Positions 19,572-30,206 are shown, counted from the stretch's first letter. The stretch: 64,000 nucleotides of DNA from a virus (IMGVR_UViG_3300024270_000002); one strand, 5' to 3'. Program-made: numbers and translations. The notes: a model not told the origin generated them from the sequence alone.

Positions 19572-21209
19572 ATGCCAAGAATACGTATAAATGAAAAGGA
19601 CCTCACCAGCCCAGGCACGCCAGGTAGATACGGTAATTACGCTGTCTTAATTGCTGGATATCTAGGTGAGCCGTCTTCTGATCCAACAAAAGTGCAGGAT
19701 CCTGATGAGAATGGCGTTTATGAGTTTAGTTCTGCTCAAGCTTTTAAAGATACTATTGGGTTAGTAAGTGAGAAACCAGACGGAGAAACCGTTTATCACT
19801 ATGGTAATAAAATGGCTTATGAGCTATTAAACCTAGGTTATACCGTTATTTATAAACCTTTTAATACCGTCTTGGAAGAAAACGGTATTACTACAGAAAC
19901 TTTCTGGGAAATCTTTAAAGATAAAGCAAGCTATGACTTCAGATTTGTCAGCCATGGTCTACTTGAGGCTGTTAATGATACAACATATGATAGTAATTGT
20001 ATTAAACGCGATGCAATGGAAGCTGACCTAGAGCTGCTAAAAGAAATTGAAAAAGAGGCAGGAATTCCTGAAAACATTGAAGCATTTACTCTAGACCAGG
20101 TAAAGACTTGTGATGAGATCTTTGCCGAAAAGCTTGAAAATGGTAATTTCGGTAGTTTTTCTTCTGATAACATCTATGCAGTACCCTATACGCTGTATCA
20201 CGTGGCTGCAGGTTTTAGTAGTGATCAAGGCGGCAAAAAAGACACAACAAAAGGCATTCCTGGCGAGTTGGCTGGGGTAGTGGGTAATATCAAGTCTGCG
20301 GATGGTAGTAGCGTGACCGCTGGCGTTATTAATACAGTAAACAGTCATATTGCTAAGCTTGCTAGCTATAGAACCGATGACAGTGGCGTTGTATTAAGAA
20401 ACGGTCGTGGTGACTGTACTGCACTCATTGAACTTAATGAGGGCGCTTATAATAAGCCTGCAGCAACAGATAGACCTGAAGCGCTTATTATTAGTGGTAT
20501 TAAAGGTATGTCTAGATTTATTGGTGATGATGGTGAATACTGTGCGCTGACGGTTCCAAGTGTTCATTATTATGTTGATGGCAAAAAGACTGATAAGATG
20601 CCAGGCGCATTCCACTACCTGGCGTGCTTCATGAATTCTCTTGGTGCCGGTTTTGCAGAATGGTATGCGGCAGCTGGATATAATCGTGGTGTATCTAGTT
20701 ATGTAATTGATCATACGTCAGTCAAGCTCGGTGAAATTGCTATTAATGCGCTTGAACCTAGAAATATTGAAAATCAGGCGACACAGCCTCCTTTTGCGTG
20801 CAATGTAATTGCAAACTTTAGAGGAAGCTACTACCTATGGGGTAATAGAACTGCAGCGCCTCTTGGTGACGCAGCTGGCGGTGATGACCTAACTGCAAAG
20901 CACTTCCTTAACATTAGACAACTTTGTTCTACTATTAAGAAGCAACTCTATATTTCTTGCAGACGTTTCACATTTGACCCTAATAGCGATACCCTTTGGA
21001 TTAGCTTTGTAGATTCTATCACACCAACTCTCGATGCTATGAAAGCGGATCAGGGTATTAGAGATTATAAAGTTATTAAAGAGGCTACTGATAAGAAAGC
21101 AACGCTTAAGGCTAAAATCAGAATTATTCCTATCGAAGCTGTAGAAGACTTTGATATTATGATAACTCTTGAAGATTCCTTCGGTGTCGCTTCAGTTACA
21201 GCTGTATAA
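19572..21209 (+). CDS. Tail sheath protein
   Basis: W.AAAGYNRG, YLWGNRT, FLNIRQL, FTFDPN...LW, IIPIEAVEDF sheath C-terminal motifs. Confidence 0.9.
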   Translation: MPRIRINEKDLTSPGTPGRYGNYAVLIAGYLGEPSSDPTKVQDPDENGVYEFSSAQAFKDTIGLVSEKPDGETVYHYGNKMAYELLNLGYTVIYKPFNTVLEENGITTETFWEIFKDKASYDFRFVSHGLLEAVNDTTYDSNCIKRDAMEADLELLKEIEKEAGIPENIEAFTLDQVKTCDEIFAEKLENGNFGSFSSDNIYAVPYTLYHVAAGFSSDQGGKKDTTKGIPGELAGVVGNIKSADGSSVTAGVINTVNSHIAKLASYRTDDSGVVLRNGRGDCTALIELNEGAYNKPAATDRPEALIISGIKGMSRFIGDDGEYCALTVPSVHYYVDGKKTDKMPGAFHYLACFMNSLGAGFAEWYAAAGYNRGVSSYVIDHTSVKLGEIAINALEPRNIENQATQPPFACNVIANFRGSYYLWGNRTAAPLGDAAGGDDLTAKHFLNIRQLCSTIKKQLYISCRRFTFDPNSDTLWISFVDSITPTLDAMKADQGIRDYKVIKEATDKKATLKAKIRIIPIEAVEDFDIMITLEDSFGVASVTAV

Positions 21210-21232
21210 TTAACTGAAAGGAGATTTAAAAT

Positions 21233-21844
21233 ATGGCAAGTACTAAAGAGTTACTATCTGCAACACACATTAGCTCACACTTAGAAGATTATGAAGCTGC
21301 TAGATCTGGTTTTTTTACACTTTTTGTCAACGGTCTTACTAATATTCCTAAAGCAACATTCTCAGGCGAAGGCGACCCACAAGCTGACGACAAGCTAAAA
21401 TCAACAGCATCGGATATTTTGCAGCTTAACGTTGTTCAGGCGCCAGTTCCGCACTTTCAGCTTGAGAAGCTAAGTTACAAACGCGGCAATGACACTGTAA
21501 CATTCGCTGGAGTGCCTACATTTAGCGATGGTGAAATTACAGTTGACGATGTTGTTGGTTTGAATACCAAAGCTATTCTTATGGCTTGGCAGGGGCAGGC
21601 TTATAATGTTCATACTCGTAAAGGTGGACTTATGAAGGATTATAAGAAAACTGCTACACTAATAGAGTATACGCAAGATTTTAAGCAAATCAGAAGCTGG
21701 AAACTCTATGGATGTTGGATTCAAAACATTACGGAAGATAACTTCAACAAAGAGCAGGATGGGGCAAGAAAAATTCGTGCAACAATCGTTTATGACCGTG
21801 CTGAAATGCAAGAGGTCGAGAATAGCGCAATTACGTACCCTTAA
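21233..21844 (+). CDS. Tail tube protein (T4 gp19-like)
   Basis: FAGVPTFSDGEITV, YKKTATL, WKLYGCWI; follows sheath. Confidence 0.85.
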   Translation: MASTKELLSATHISSHLEDYEAARSGFFTLFVNGLTNIPKATFSGEGDPQADDKLKSTASDILQLNVVQAPVPHFQLEKLSYKRGNDTVTFAGVPTFSDGEITVDDVVGLNTKAILMAWQGQAYNVHTRKGGLMKDYKKTATLIEYTQDFKQIRSWKLYGCWIQNITEDNFNKEQDGARKIRATIVYDRAEMQEVENSAITYP

Positions 21845-21859
21845 TAATTTAAACAAATA

Positions 21860-21902
21860 AAAATAAAGAGCAGAATTTAATCTGCTCTTTATTTTTATTT
21901 TT
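21860..21902 (+). terminator. Intrinsic terminator
   Basis: aaaataaagagcaga/tctgctctttatttt stem. Confidence 0.75.
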
Positions 21903-21975
21903 AATAAATCTATTTATCTTTTGCTAAATTATATGACGTGTTTATAAATATATCGTAAATGAAAGGAACCTTGCT

Positions 21976-22140
21976 ATGGGAAGAAAAAAAGTAGACAGGA
22001 GCGATAAAGTAATACAAACTTTTGAGTCGTCTAAGCCTTTAGTTGAAAGACTTAAACTTACTGCCAAAGAAAGAGATATTACAGTATCTGCGCTTATAAG
22101 ATATATTTTAGAGCACTATTTTGAAAATCGTGAGCTTTAA
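21976..22140 (+). CDS. Small ribbon-helix-helix-like DNA-binding protein (54 aa; not in ORF track)
   Basis: MGRKKVDRSDKVIQTFESSKPLVERLKLTAKERDITVSALIRYILEHYFENREL; RBS gaaagga; CopG/Arc-like pattern. Confidence 0.65.
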   Translation: MGRKKVDRSDKVIQTFESSKPLVERLKLTAKERDITVSALIRYILEHYFENREL

Positions 22141-22169
22141 AACTCACTCTAAAAGAAAGGTATATTATT

Positions 22170-22937
22170 ATGGAAATGAGACAAACTGACTTTACTATTA
22201 TGGAAGGCTATGAGCTTCCGTCAAAAGGAAAGATCTACAATGAAAATGTAAATCCACATGTTGAGCTGCGGTCTATGACAGCACGTGAAGAGATGCGCCG
22301 CTTGTCACCGTCTAGCACACCACTTAAGACCCTTGCAGATATTATCGAAGATTGCTGCATTGAAAAACCTGCCATACATGTATATGATATGAGCTTAGGC
22401 GACTATGAATTTTTACTCCATAAACTTAGAATAGTCACTTACGGCGAAGACTATAAAGTAGCACTACGCTGTTCTGAATGTGGAGAGCTGATTGAGACTG
22501 TTGCTAAGTTAGATCAATTAAATGTTAAGGAATTTGATGAGGAGCTTGTGCATAATCTTCAGACGTTTTCGCTCCCTAAGAGCGGTCGCACAATTACGCT
22601 AAACTTTTTAACACCTCGTAGAGTAGAAGAAACTGAGGTTAAAATAAAAGATATGAAACGTAGATATAAGACAGCTACTATCGATTTTGAAACACTTGTT
22701 CGTTTACTTATGAATATTGACCTTGTCGACGGAGATAAGAAAACAGAACACGAGCTTGAAAACTTTATTACTAACCTGCCGGCGCTTGACTTACAGAAGA
22801 TTTTAAACAATATTGATAAGCTAAATCAGCAGATTGGCTTGGATAATATTTTATATTTAACTTGCCCAAAATGTGGTGAGGAAATAACTACCTTTTTTCG
22901 CTTCGGGCCCGAGTTTTTTAGACCCTCAACTATCTAA
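22170..22937 (+). CDS. Tail/baseplate hub assembly chaperone (T4 gp26-like) with Zn ribbons
   Basis: LPSKG, LRSMTAREE, LR..TYG, CSECG and CPKCG, terminal FFRP; directly before tape measure. Confidence 0.75.
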   Translation: MEMRQTDFTIMEGYELPSKGKIYNENVNPHVELRSMTAREEMRRLSPSSTPLKTLADIIEDCCIEKPAIHVYDMSLGDYEFLLHKLRIVTYGEDYKVALRCSECGELIETVAKLDQLNVKEFDEELVHNLQTFSLPKSGRTITLNFLTPRRVEETEVKIKDMKRRYKTATIDFETLVRLLMNIDLVDGDKKTEHELENFITNLPALDLQKILNNIDKLNQQIGLDNILYLTCPKCGEEITTFFRFGPEFFRPSTI

Positions 22938-23139
22938 CGATGGTACCCCTTACGGGCCTAAGCGTTATAAGGAAATTGTAAAAGAGTGCTGGTATATAAG
23001 TGACAATTTAAATACTAGCTATACTGATGTGCTAAACTTAGCATATCTCGATAGAATATTTTTAATTAATTGTATAAACGAAAAGAAGGAAGCTACTATG
23101 CAAGCGATGGCTGAGGCCAGACAGGCTGCAGGTCGATAA
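22915..23139 (+). CDS. Start-less ORF in +1 frame, probable frameshift extension of the chaperone
   Basis: Frame open 22888-23139 (..FLDPQLSNDGTPYGPKRYKEIVKECWYISDNLNTSYTDVLNLAYLDRIFLINCINEKKEATMQAMAEARQAAGR*) with no ATG/GTG/TTG in its first half; overlaps GAG TTT TTT AGA. Confidence 0.6.
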   Translation, partial: FLDPQLSNDGTPYGPKRYKEIVKECWYISDNLNTSYTDVLNLAYLDRIFLINCINEKKEATMQAMAEARQAAGR

Positions 23140-23165
23140 CTTTAAAATTAAGGAGGAAAGATTGT

Positions 23166-26100
23166 ATGGCAGATAGAGAGCTAGGCAAGCTATCATCAGA
23201 ACAAATACAAAAACTTGCTAACACAATTTCAGAAGCAAAAAGCCTAACCAGCCAGCAAGAGGAAATTATTACAAAAGTGCTTGAAGGCGAAATTGAGATT
23301 GGAAATACTAGAATTGCTTCGCTAGAAAAGTATTTTGATATATATTCTAGAAACCTTGATAAGGTAGCTAGTAAGTACAGTGACCTAGACGACGCTTTTT
23401 TAGTTCTTAACAACAAACTTACTGAAAACTACAAGAAGCTTTCCTCTGATATAACTAAGCTAAGTGAACAGCTAAAAAAGGCCACAGAGGACTCTGGTGA
23501 AGCTACTTCAAACAGGTCTTCAAAAAAATCTAATGAAACCGATGACACTAAAAATAATAAGCCTGCAACGCAAGGTCTTACTAGTGACCTTATAGATAAA
23601 GACACTGCAAGTGCTATTAGACAAATAGCAAAGGCACTCACAGAGCGACCTAGACCAGATACTGCGACTGCTTATACACCGCTAAGCGGTGGACAGATGC
23701 GAGACGCTTTTACTGTTAACGGATCTAGTGATGGAGGTGTTACAGGACAATCTGGACAACCGTCTATACCTGATACTGTTGACGTCGGGCAAATAGTTAC
23801 AGAAGCTTCCGGTGAATTACTACGACCAGAAAGAACATCTGCTGACATTGTGGAGCATTTGCGCAGCATTGAAACTGTTCGTAAGGCAATAGAAGAACTT
23901 CATGCGGCAGAAGAAGAAGCAAGAAAGACCGGAGATTATGCTAGACTAGAAGCTGCTAAAAATAATTATGATCAAATAGCGGAAAGTCACAACGAGCATC
24001 TAAAAACTTTAAAGTTAGCTCGTGATAAATATTTAAATAGCATAATAGAAGCAGAGGAAGCTACAAAGAAAAAATCTGCAGACCTTGAACTTGCTAAGTT
24101 ACATACACAAGAAATGCAAGAAGCTCGGTATACTGAATTTCGTCTAAAGGAGCTTGACAAGGTTTTAGATGCTGAACTAGCCGCTAAAGAATTTGAAAAT
24201 CAACTTGCAGCTGAAATTAAATTTGCAAACTCAGATGAAGGTATTGATCTCAGAATACGTGAAGCACAGGCCAAAGATGAGCTGGCTTCCGCTAAAGAAC
24301 TTGCTGCAAGGAAGGCTAATTTTATTGTCGAAGCCGAGCGACAAGCAAGACTCGCAGCTAAAAATGATGACGAGTATAAGGAAGCTGTTAAACGTATAAG
24401 AAAAGAAGCCGACATAAAGTTTAAAGCAGATAAAGAAACACTTGAAAAACTAACAAAAGAACGTCTTACTCAAGAAGCTAAAGAGGCAGACAAAAAGAAA
24501 GAAGCGAAAAAAAAGGAACTTCGCGAACTCGGTGAAAACATTTTAACTAGTGGCCCACTATTTGGTAAAAATGGTATAAAGGCAAGGTATAATGATTTCG
24601 TTGAAAACGCTGTAAAGAATGCAGAAGAAAATGGTGACGACGCAGAAGATGCAAAAACTGCAGCACAGATACAAGGCGCCGTGCTCGCTATTAGCAGCTT
24701 AGCTAAACAGCTTGAGAACACTGTCGACCAAATAGCATCTTATAAGGGTGATATTGATACTCGTCTGCAAGGCTCGAATAATGAAAAGTATGCTGGCTCA
24801 TACTGGGATCGACTCGCTAAAGATATGATAAGCGTCGGTGCAGTAACGCCATACTTCAAACAAGAAGACTTCGCTAATAATATAAAAACATTAGTAGATC
24901 GTGGTATTGCTTTTGATCTAAAGCAGCGCGCTTTCTTAATGACGATTCAAGAAAAGATTGCAAATACTTTTGATGTTGCTGACGGCACACTATTAAGGTT
25001 AATCCGAATTCAGCAAGAAGATTCTACCGCAGGCCGTCTTGGCATGGAATCCGCCCTAAACTCGTTTTTAAATGAGATGTACGAAAATACTGAATATTTA
25101 AAAGACGTGGCAGCGAGCGTTCGTGGTAGCTTACAAGAAATGGAAGCACTTATGGGCGGCGCAGAGGCAACAGAAGTTGAGTACCAGGTTCAAAAATGGA
25201 TGGGCTCTCTATATTCAGTAGGTATGTCGCAAGATGCCGTGCAGAGTATTGCTAACGCCCTTGGCCAAATAGCTGCTGGGCAGGTTGATGCTCTCACTAG
25301 CGGCAACGGAGCAGGAAATTTATTAGTCATGGCTGCTAATGAAGCCGGTATTCCTATTGCGGATATTCTAGCAGAGGGTCTAGATTCGACAGAGACTAAT
25401 AAATTATTACAGGCTACCGTAAACTATTTGGCCGACATCGCTGAATCCACAGAAGGCAATAATGTAGTACAGCAACAGCTAGCTAACGTATTCGGTGTTA
25501 AAGCCTCTGATCTTAGAGCGGCAACAAACTTAGCTGTTCCAGGAACTACTGAAGATATTTTTAAAGAGTCCCTATCATATGACAACATGTTGCGCCAACT
25601 ATATAAAATGGCAGGCAGTATGGGGTTAAGAACAAGTCTCGGTGAAAAGATGTCAAATGTCTGGGCAAACGGTCAATACACTTTAGCAGGAAGCATGGCA
25701 AGTAACCCAATGTCTTATTTACTTTATAAAACAGCTACGTTACTAGATAATACTGTTGGTGGCATCGACTTTAGCATACCACTAATAATGGGTAACGGTA
25801 CAGCTCAAACATTTAATGTCGCTGACATTATGCGCGTAGGTGCAATAGGTGGTGGCGTGCTTGGAAGTCTTGGTCAACTAGTAAAGGGCTTAGCGTCGTC
25901 TTTTAGTGGACACAGGATGCTGGCTAGTATGGGTATTGAGTCTGGCTCTGGTCTTAAAGTAACTCCAAGAGGTACTGGCGCAGGTGTCGGTGCGGGAGAT
26001 GCCGGAGATGGAGGCAAATCCACATCAGGCTCTGGCTACGTAGGAAACGCAAATGCGAGTGATATAAAGAAGTCTACTATACAAGAAACAAAGGACTCTG

Positions 26101-26447
26101 AAAAAAAGAAACTTATTGAGGCAAAAGAAGAAGCTGAATCAACGCAAGTAGACTTTATTAATATCAATGTATTAAAAATCTATGAGCTACTTGATGAAGT
26201 CGCATCAGGCAAACGTAGCTTAAATGTAAAAGTATCTGGCTACGGATTAACTAGAGCTAGTAATTCTGCAGCTCTAGGCAGCGCTCAAGGTGGTGTTGCT
26301 GGTCTGCTTAGCAACACGGCTGCTAGTGACTATACTGATAATGTACTTACTAAGGGTTTTGGTGCTAGCAGCGGTGCAAGTGGGAGCAGTTCTACTGATA
26401 GCTTCGGCAACACTAATATAGGCCTTGGTGGCTGGTCCATGACATAA
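23166..26447 (+). CDS. Tape measure protein
   Basis: 1093 aa, long Ala/Glu/Lys helical region, Gly-rich C-terminus; follows chaperone. Confidence 0.75.
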   Translation: MADRELGKLSSEQIQKLANTISEAKSLTSQQEEIITKVLEGEIEIGNTRIASLEKYFDIYSRNLDKVASKYSDLDDAFLVLNNKLTENYKKLSSDITKLSEQLKKATEDSGEATSNRSSKKSNETDDTKNNKPATQGLTSDLIDKDTASAIRQIAKALTERPRPDTATAYTPLSGGQMRDAFTVNGSSDGGVTGQSGQPSIPDTVDVGQIVTEASGELLRPERTSADIVEHLRSIETVRKAIEELHAAEEEARKTGDYARLEAAKNNYDQIAESHNEHLKTLKLARDKYLNSIIEAEEATKKKSADLELAKLHTQEMQEARYTEFRLKELDKVLDAELAAKEFENQLAAEIKFANSDEGIDLRIREAQAKDELASAKELAARKANFIVEAERQARLAAKNDDEYKEAVKRIRKEADIKFKADKETLEKLTKERLTQEAKEADKKKEAKKKELRELGENILTSGPLFGKNGIKARYNDFVENAVKNAEENGDDAEDAKTAAQIQGAVLAISSLAKQLENTVDQIASYKGDIDTRLQGSNNEKYAGSYWDRLAKDMISVGAVTPYFKQEDFANNIKTLVDRGIAFDLKQRAFLMTIQEKIANTFDVADGTLLRLIRIQQEDSTAGRLGMESALNSFLNEMYENTEYLKDVAASVRGSLQEMEALMGGAEATEVEYQVQKWMGSLYSVGMSQDAVQSIANALGQIAAGQVDALTSGNGAGNLLVMAANEAGIPIADILAEGLDSTETNKLLQATVNYLADIAESTEGNNVVQQQLANVFGVKASDLRAATNLAVPGTTEDIFKESLSYDNMLRQLYKMAGSMGLRTSLGEKMSNVWANGQYTLAGSMASNPMSYLLYKTATLLDNTVGGIDFSIPLIMGNGTAQTFNVADIMRVGAIGGGVLGSLGQLVKGLASSFSGHRMLASMGIESGSGLKVTPRGTGAGVGAGDAGDGGKSTSGSGYVGNANASDIKKSTIQETKDSEKKKLIEAKEEAESTQVDFININVLKIYELLDEVASGKRSLNVKVSGYGLTRASNSAALGSAQGGVAGLLSNTAASDYTDNVLTKGFGASSGASGSSSTDSFGNTNIGLGGWSMT

Positions 26448-26459
26448 GGAGGAAAATAA

Positions 26460-27962
26460 ATGTTTAAGTATAATAATTCACATATTTTTACAGGTTATTT
26501 AAAACAATTATTAACCTCATTTAACCTGCCTGCAGGAAAGGTCTACACACATGAATTCGCAAAATACTTAGAAAAGCATGGCAAGGAAGACCCGAGGGTT
26601 TTAGAGTCATTTGACACTATTGATGAGAATCGATTAGGCGTACGTATAAACTATCTGAAAAATAACGAACTATATAACTATTTCTGGCGCTACACTAAAT
26701 CAGAACAGGACTTAGGACGGAGTAAAGCTACTTGGAAAAGCTGCCCAGGTACCTATTATGATAGTAGCAAAACAGTACACGGTATAACAAAAAGCTTATC
26801 TAGCCCTGGCACTATTTATGATGCAAAAACACATGAGTACTTAGGCGAGTACCTACGTTTTATGCGAGATTATCATAATATTAACTTAATGTCTTTGTAT
26901 AACTGCTTTACAGATAAAATTTATAATAATATAAACTTTAACTTTACCATAAATCCTAATAGCAGTACTAAAGCTGTTTTTAATACACAAGACCCTGGGT
27001 ACAGAATATATGCACTACCAGTTAAACTTTTTGCAGAGTACACCATAGCTATAGATAGTAGCCAGGGTATTGAGCTATTTTGCGGGCTTTATAATACTAA
27101 CCTAGACACGTCAGAAAAAGCCGAGGAGTTTGCGGCAATGACTTATAAAAAAGTTAATAAAGCATTATTTAGTCAACCGTTTATATACGATAACTTAAAT
27201 ATAGATAACTGGTTAGCCGAAGAAGACAAGCACGACTTTACCACTGTTAACGGAAAAAAAGTAATTCGTACTGACGTTTATACACGCTGGGATATTGCTA
27301 ATCGTGAAAAGGACTTAAAATTAATTATAAAAGTACCTATTTCCTGCAGATCTTCCATAACGATTTTGGAAGGTGATTTTCGATCTTTTAATGACACCAA
27401 GTATGCACCAAAAAACAAAGTGTTAACATATCAAAACAATCACAGTATTTTAAACTTTGACAGTTCTATACGCGGCGATAATATTGATTTAAATAACTAT
27501 ACTTTTAAACCAATAAGCAAGCTACAACTTCTAGCAATTAATACCGGCGAATCTTACCCATTCGCAGATAGACTAGTAGAGTATCTTAGTGGAAGTGCTA
27601 CTACATCGATAGATGAAATATCGGATAATATTAAACGAGCTCAAAGAATTATGAGTCAAAATAATCACTACTTCGCGATAGATGGACTTTGGGAAGGTAA
27701 GATGCAAAATATTCTATATGATTATGTAATGAACTCTGGGCCAATTGAACTTGATAAAGAGGCTGATAAACTGGTAGACAGGCGCCGTGGGCACCATGCT
27801 AGACAAGGCTACGGAGCAAAAAGTGCTCTGTATGATATATTAGGCTATGTAGATAAAGACACAGAAAAATTATACGCTAGCTGGAAAAAAGAAAACGGCG
27901 CCGCAAAGACTAAGAGCAGTATACAGAGTATAGATATATACAATGGACTATATGACATTTAA
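26460..27962 (+). CDS. Putative baseplate/tail protein
   Basis: 500 aa ORF after tape measure, strong RBS. Confidence 0.55.
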   Translation: MFKYNNSHIFTGYLKQLLTSFNLPAGKVYTHEFAKYLEKHGKEDPRVLESFDTIDENRLGVRINYLKNNELYNYFWRYTKSEQDLGRSKATWKSCPGTYYDSSKTVHGITKSLSSPGTIYDAKTHEYLGEYLRFMRDYHNINLMSLYNCFTDKIYNNINFNFTINPNSSTKAVFNTQDPGYRIYALPVKLFAEYTIAIDSSQGIELFCGLYNTNLDTSEKAEEFAAMTYKKVNKALFSQPFIYDNLNIDNWLAEEDKHDFTTVNGKKVIRTDVYTRWDIANREKDLKLIIKVPISCRSSITILEGDFRSFNDTKYAPKNKVLTYQNNHSILNFDSSIRGDNIDLNNYTFKPISKLQLLAINTGESYPFADRLVEYLSGSATTSIDEISDNIKRAQRIMSQNNHYFAIDGLWEGKMQNILYDYVMNSGPIELDKEADKLVDRRRGHHARQGYGAKSALYDILGYVDKDTEKLYASWKKENGAAKTKSSIQSIDIYNGLYDI

Positions 27963-27976
27963 GGAGGATTTTTGAA

Positions 27977-28564
27977 ATGCCAGATACAGACGTTATTAAT
28001 AGAATACTCCCAGACTGTTACATATACATTTCTCACTTAGATTTACCAGAGGAAGCTAAATATTGGATGTTACCAGGTTACCCAGAGGAAGTAACTGACC
28101 AAATGAACTCCACTTTTATGGAAAATAGTGCATTAGGTCGCTCTGCCCCAGTTTATACGTTCAGTAACTCCGGTCCTAGGTCCATTAACATTAGTCTAAC
28201 TTTCCATAGAGATATGTTTGATGAGATGCCGAGTAACGCGGCGCTAGCTGACGGTGAGGATAAAGCAGAAAACTTTATTCACGCTATTCAGGCAATAGCA
28301 GTCCCAAAATATAATTTGTCGAATAAAGCTATAGAGCCTCCCCTTGTTGCAATTAGACTAGGTAGTGAAGTTTTTATAAAAGGAATTGTGTCTGGTGGTG
28401 TCTCGGTTACCTATGGTAAACCAATTTTAGCAAATGAGAAATATGCAGTAATAAAGATCAGTTTTACAGTATCTGAGGTAGACCCATACGATGCAACTAC
28501 CGTTTTTAAAAATGGCTCATTTAGAGGCCTTACTGCAACGCTCCGGAATGGCATGCATTTTTAA
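27977..28564 (+). CDS. Baseplate tube-initiator-like protein
   Basis: LGRSAPVYTFSNSGPRSINISLTF...PPLVAIRLG...IKG motif typical of tube-like baseplate proteins. Confidence 0.65.
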   Translation: MPDTDVINRILPDCYIYISHLDLPEEAKYWMLPGYPEEVTDQMNSTFMENSALGRSAPVYTFSNSGPRSINISLTFHRDMFDEMPSNAALADGEDKAENFIHAIQAIAVPKYNLSNKAIEPPLVAIRLGSEVFIKGIVSGGVSVTYGKPILANEKYAVIKISFTVSEVDPYDATTVFKNGSFRGLTATLRNGMHF

Positions 28565-28583
28565 AATAAGGAAGTGAAAAACA

Positions 28584-28913
28584 GTGAATACTTTGAAAAA
28601 TAAAATGTATGCCAACTTTGATTATCTAAGTCGGTATACTAATACACCCTATTATTATGATACACTCGAAGATAGACAGGTCTATGGAATAGGTACTAAT
28701 CTAAAAACAAACACAGAATTTGTCACACATAAAATAAGAAGTAATGATACATTAAATTCGCTAGCTTTAAAATATTATAACAATCCAACATTTTGGTGGA
28801 TAATTGCATATTTTAATAATATCCAGGATCCATTCAAGCCGCTCAGAGATAAATACGTCACAATAAAAATTCCAAGTATTTCTAGTATTGAGTTCGGAAA
28901 GGTTAACAAATGA
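28584..28913 (+). CDS. LysM-like baseplate wedge protein (gp53/tail X-like)
   Basis: DTLNSLALKYYNNPTFWWIIAYFNNIQDPF. Confidence 0.75.
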   Translation: MNTLKNKMYANFDYLSRYTNTPYYYDTLEDRQVYGIGTNLKTNTEFVTHKIRSNDTLNSLALKYYNNPTFWWIIAYFNNIQDPFKPLRDKYVTIKIPSISSIEFGKVNK

Positions 28914-30202
28914 GTGAGATAATAAAAAACAAGAGCCTGCTATCTAGCCAAGCTAGAATACAAGTACCTTGGGTAAAAGTTACTATAGGCGATTATACCT
29001 TTGGAGTTTTTGATGACCAAACAAAGGAGTGGGGCAGAGATAGCGCCGACTTTTATCAACCGTTTTCAATACAATTTCCACAGTATATAAAGACACTAGA
29101 AGTCACTAAAGTAAACGGGCAGGTAAATAAATATACCCTAAATATAAACTATCCAATTACTCAATTTGATGACCCCAACTTCTTTGAGAAGGTTTTCTCT
29201 AGCGTAAGCAATACTAGAAAAATAATATTTACTTATGGTGACGCAGAAAACCCTGCTTATGTGTATAAAAACGAAGAGGCTATTATAACCAGTGTATCAC
29301 AACAGTTTGCTTTACAAAATAGTTCAATCGACTACACTGTTACTGCTGTATCTAGTGCTGCTTTATCCACTGACGGTAGTATTACTAAAGTTGGAACAGG
29401 GAGTGGTATTAAAGTAAAGCCAAGTGACGAAATTAAAAATCTATTTAGAACTAATACAAGCCTTCGGAATACTTTTACTGGCATGTCTTCTGCCGACCTA
29501 GACAGTCTCATCGCTGGTGATGATATGGCAGTAGAGCTCGAATCTAAACGAAACATCTCTGCGATAGACTATATAAATTACCTAGCAGGCTGTATGATCC
29601 CAGAAGGGTCTGCTCCAGGACTAAGTAAAGAAATTTATATATTAACTATACACGACGACTCTATAACTAGTGCAGATAGGTCACTTAGCAAAGCAGGGCC
29701 ATATTTTGAAGTAAAAAAAGTATCTACTATCATGGATCGTGGAGATGCTTACGAAATTGATATCGGCATAAATACTTCTACAATAGTAAGAGAATTTCAA
29801 ATTAATAAAAATGAAAACTTCTCAATATATTATAATTATCAAAATCTAGCCCACCCGGAAAATTATAAACGAAAGCTAAATGCTGACGGACTTTGGGAAG
29901 ATGAATATGCACCAACAAGTATGGTGCGAGAAGGCAAGTTTGATATTAAGTCAGATGACAAAGTTTGGTGGACCAAAGCAACGCAATTCCCAATTAGCGC
30001 TACAATTAAAATTCAAGGACTACTAAGACCAGCTACGCTAATGCAATATGTAAAGCTCAACGTAATCTTTCCAGGAGGTAATAAACACCTCTCTAGCGGG
30101 CTTTATATTGTAACAAGTCAAGTAGATAATATTGGTCCAAATGGATATGCCACTAATCTAGGATTAACAAGAATAAAAGGCGACATGGATAAGATTCAAT
30201 AA
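28910..30202 (+). CDS. Baseplate hub protein (gp27/GPD-like)
   Basis: C-terminal ATIKIQG...SGLYIVT...D.I...GY.T.L.L.R pattern. Confidence 0.65.
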   Translation: MSEIIKNKSLLSSQARIQVPWVKVTIGDYTFGVFDDQTKEWGRDSADFYQPFSIQFPQYIKTLEVTKVNGQVNKYTLNINYPITQFDDPNFFEKVFSSVSNTRKIIFTYGDAENPAYVYKNEEAIITSVSQQFALQNSSIDYTVTAVSSAALSTDGSITKVGTGSGIKVKPSDEIKNLFRTNTSLRNTFTGMSSADLDSLIAGDDMAVELESKRNISAIDYINYLAGCMIPEGSAPGLSKEIYILTIHDDSITSADRSLSKAGPYFEVKKVSTIMDRGDAYEIDIGINTSTIVREFQINKNENFSIYYNYQNLAHPENYKRKLNADGLWEDEYAPTSMVREGKFDIKSDDKVWWTKATQFPISATIKIQGLLRPATLMQYVKLNVIFPGGNKHLSSGLYIVTSQVDNIGPNGYATNLGLTRIKGDMDKIQ

Positions 30203-30206
30203 GCAT

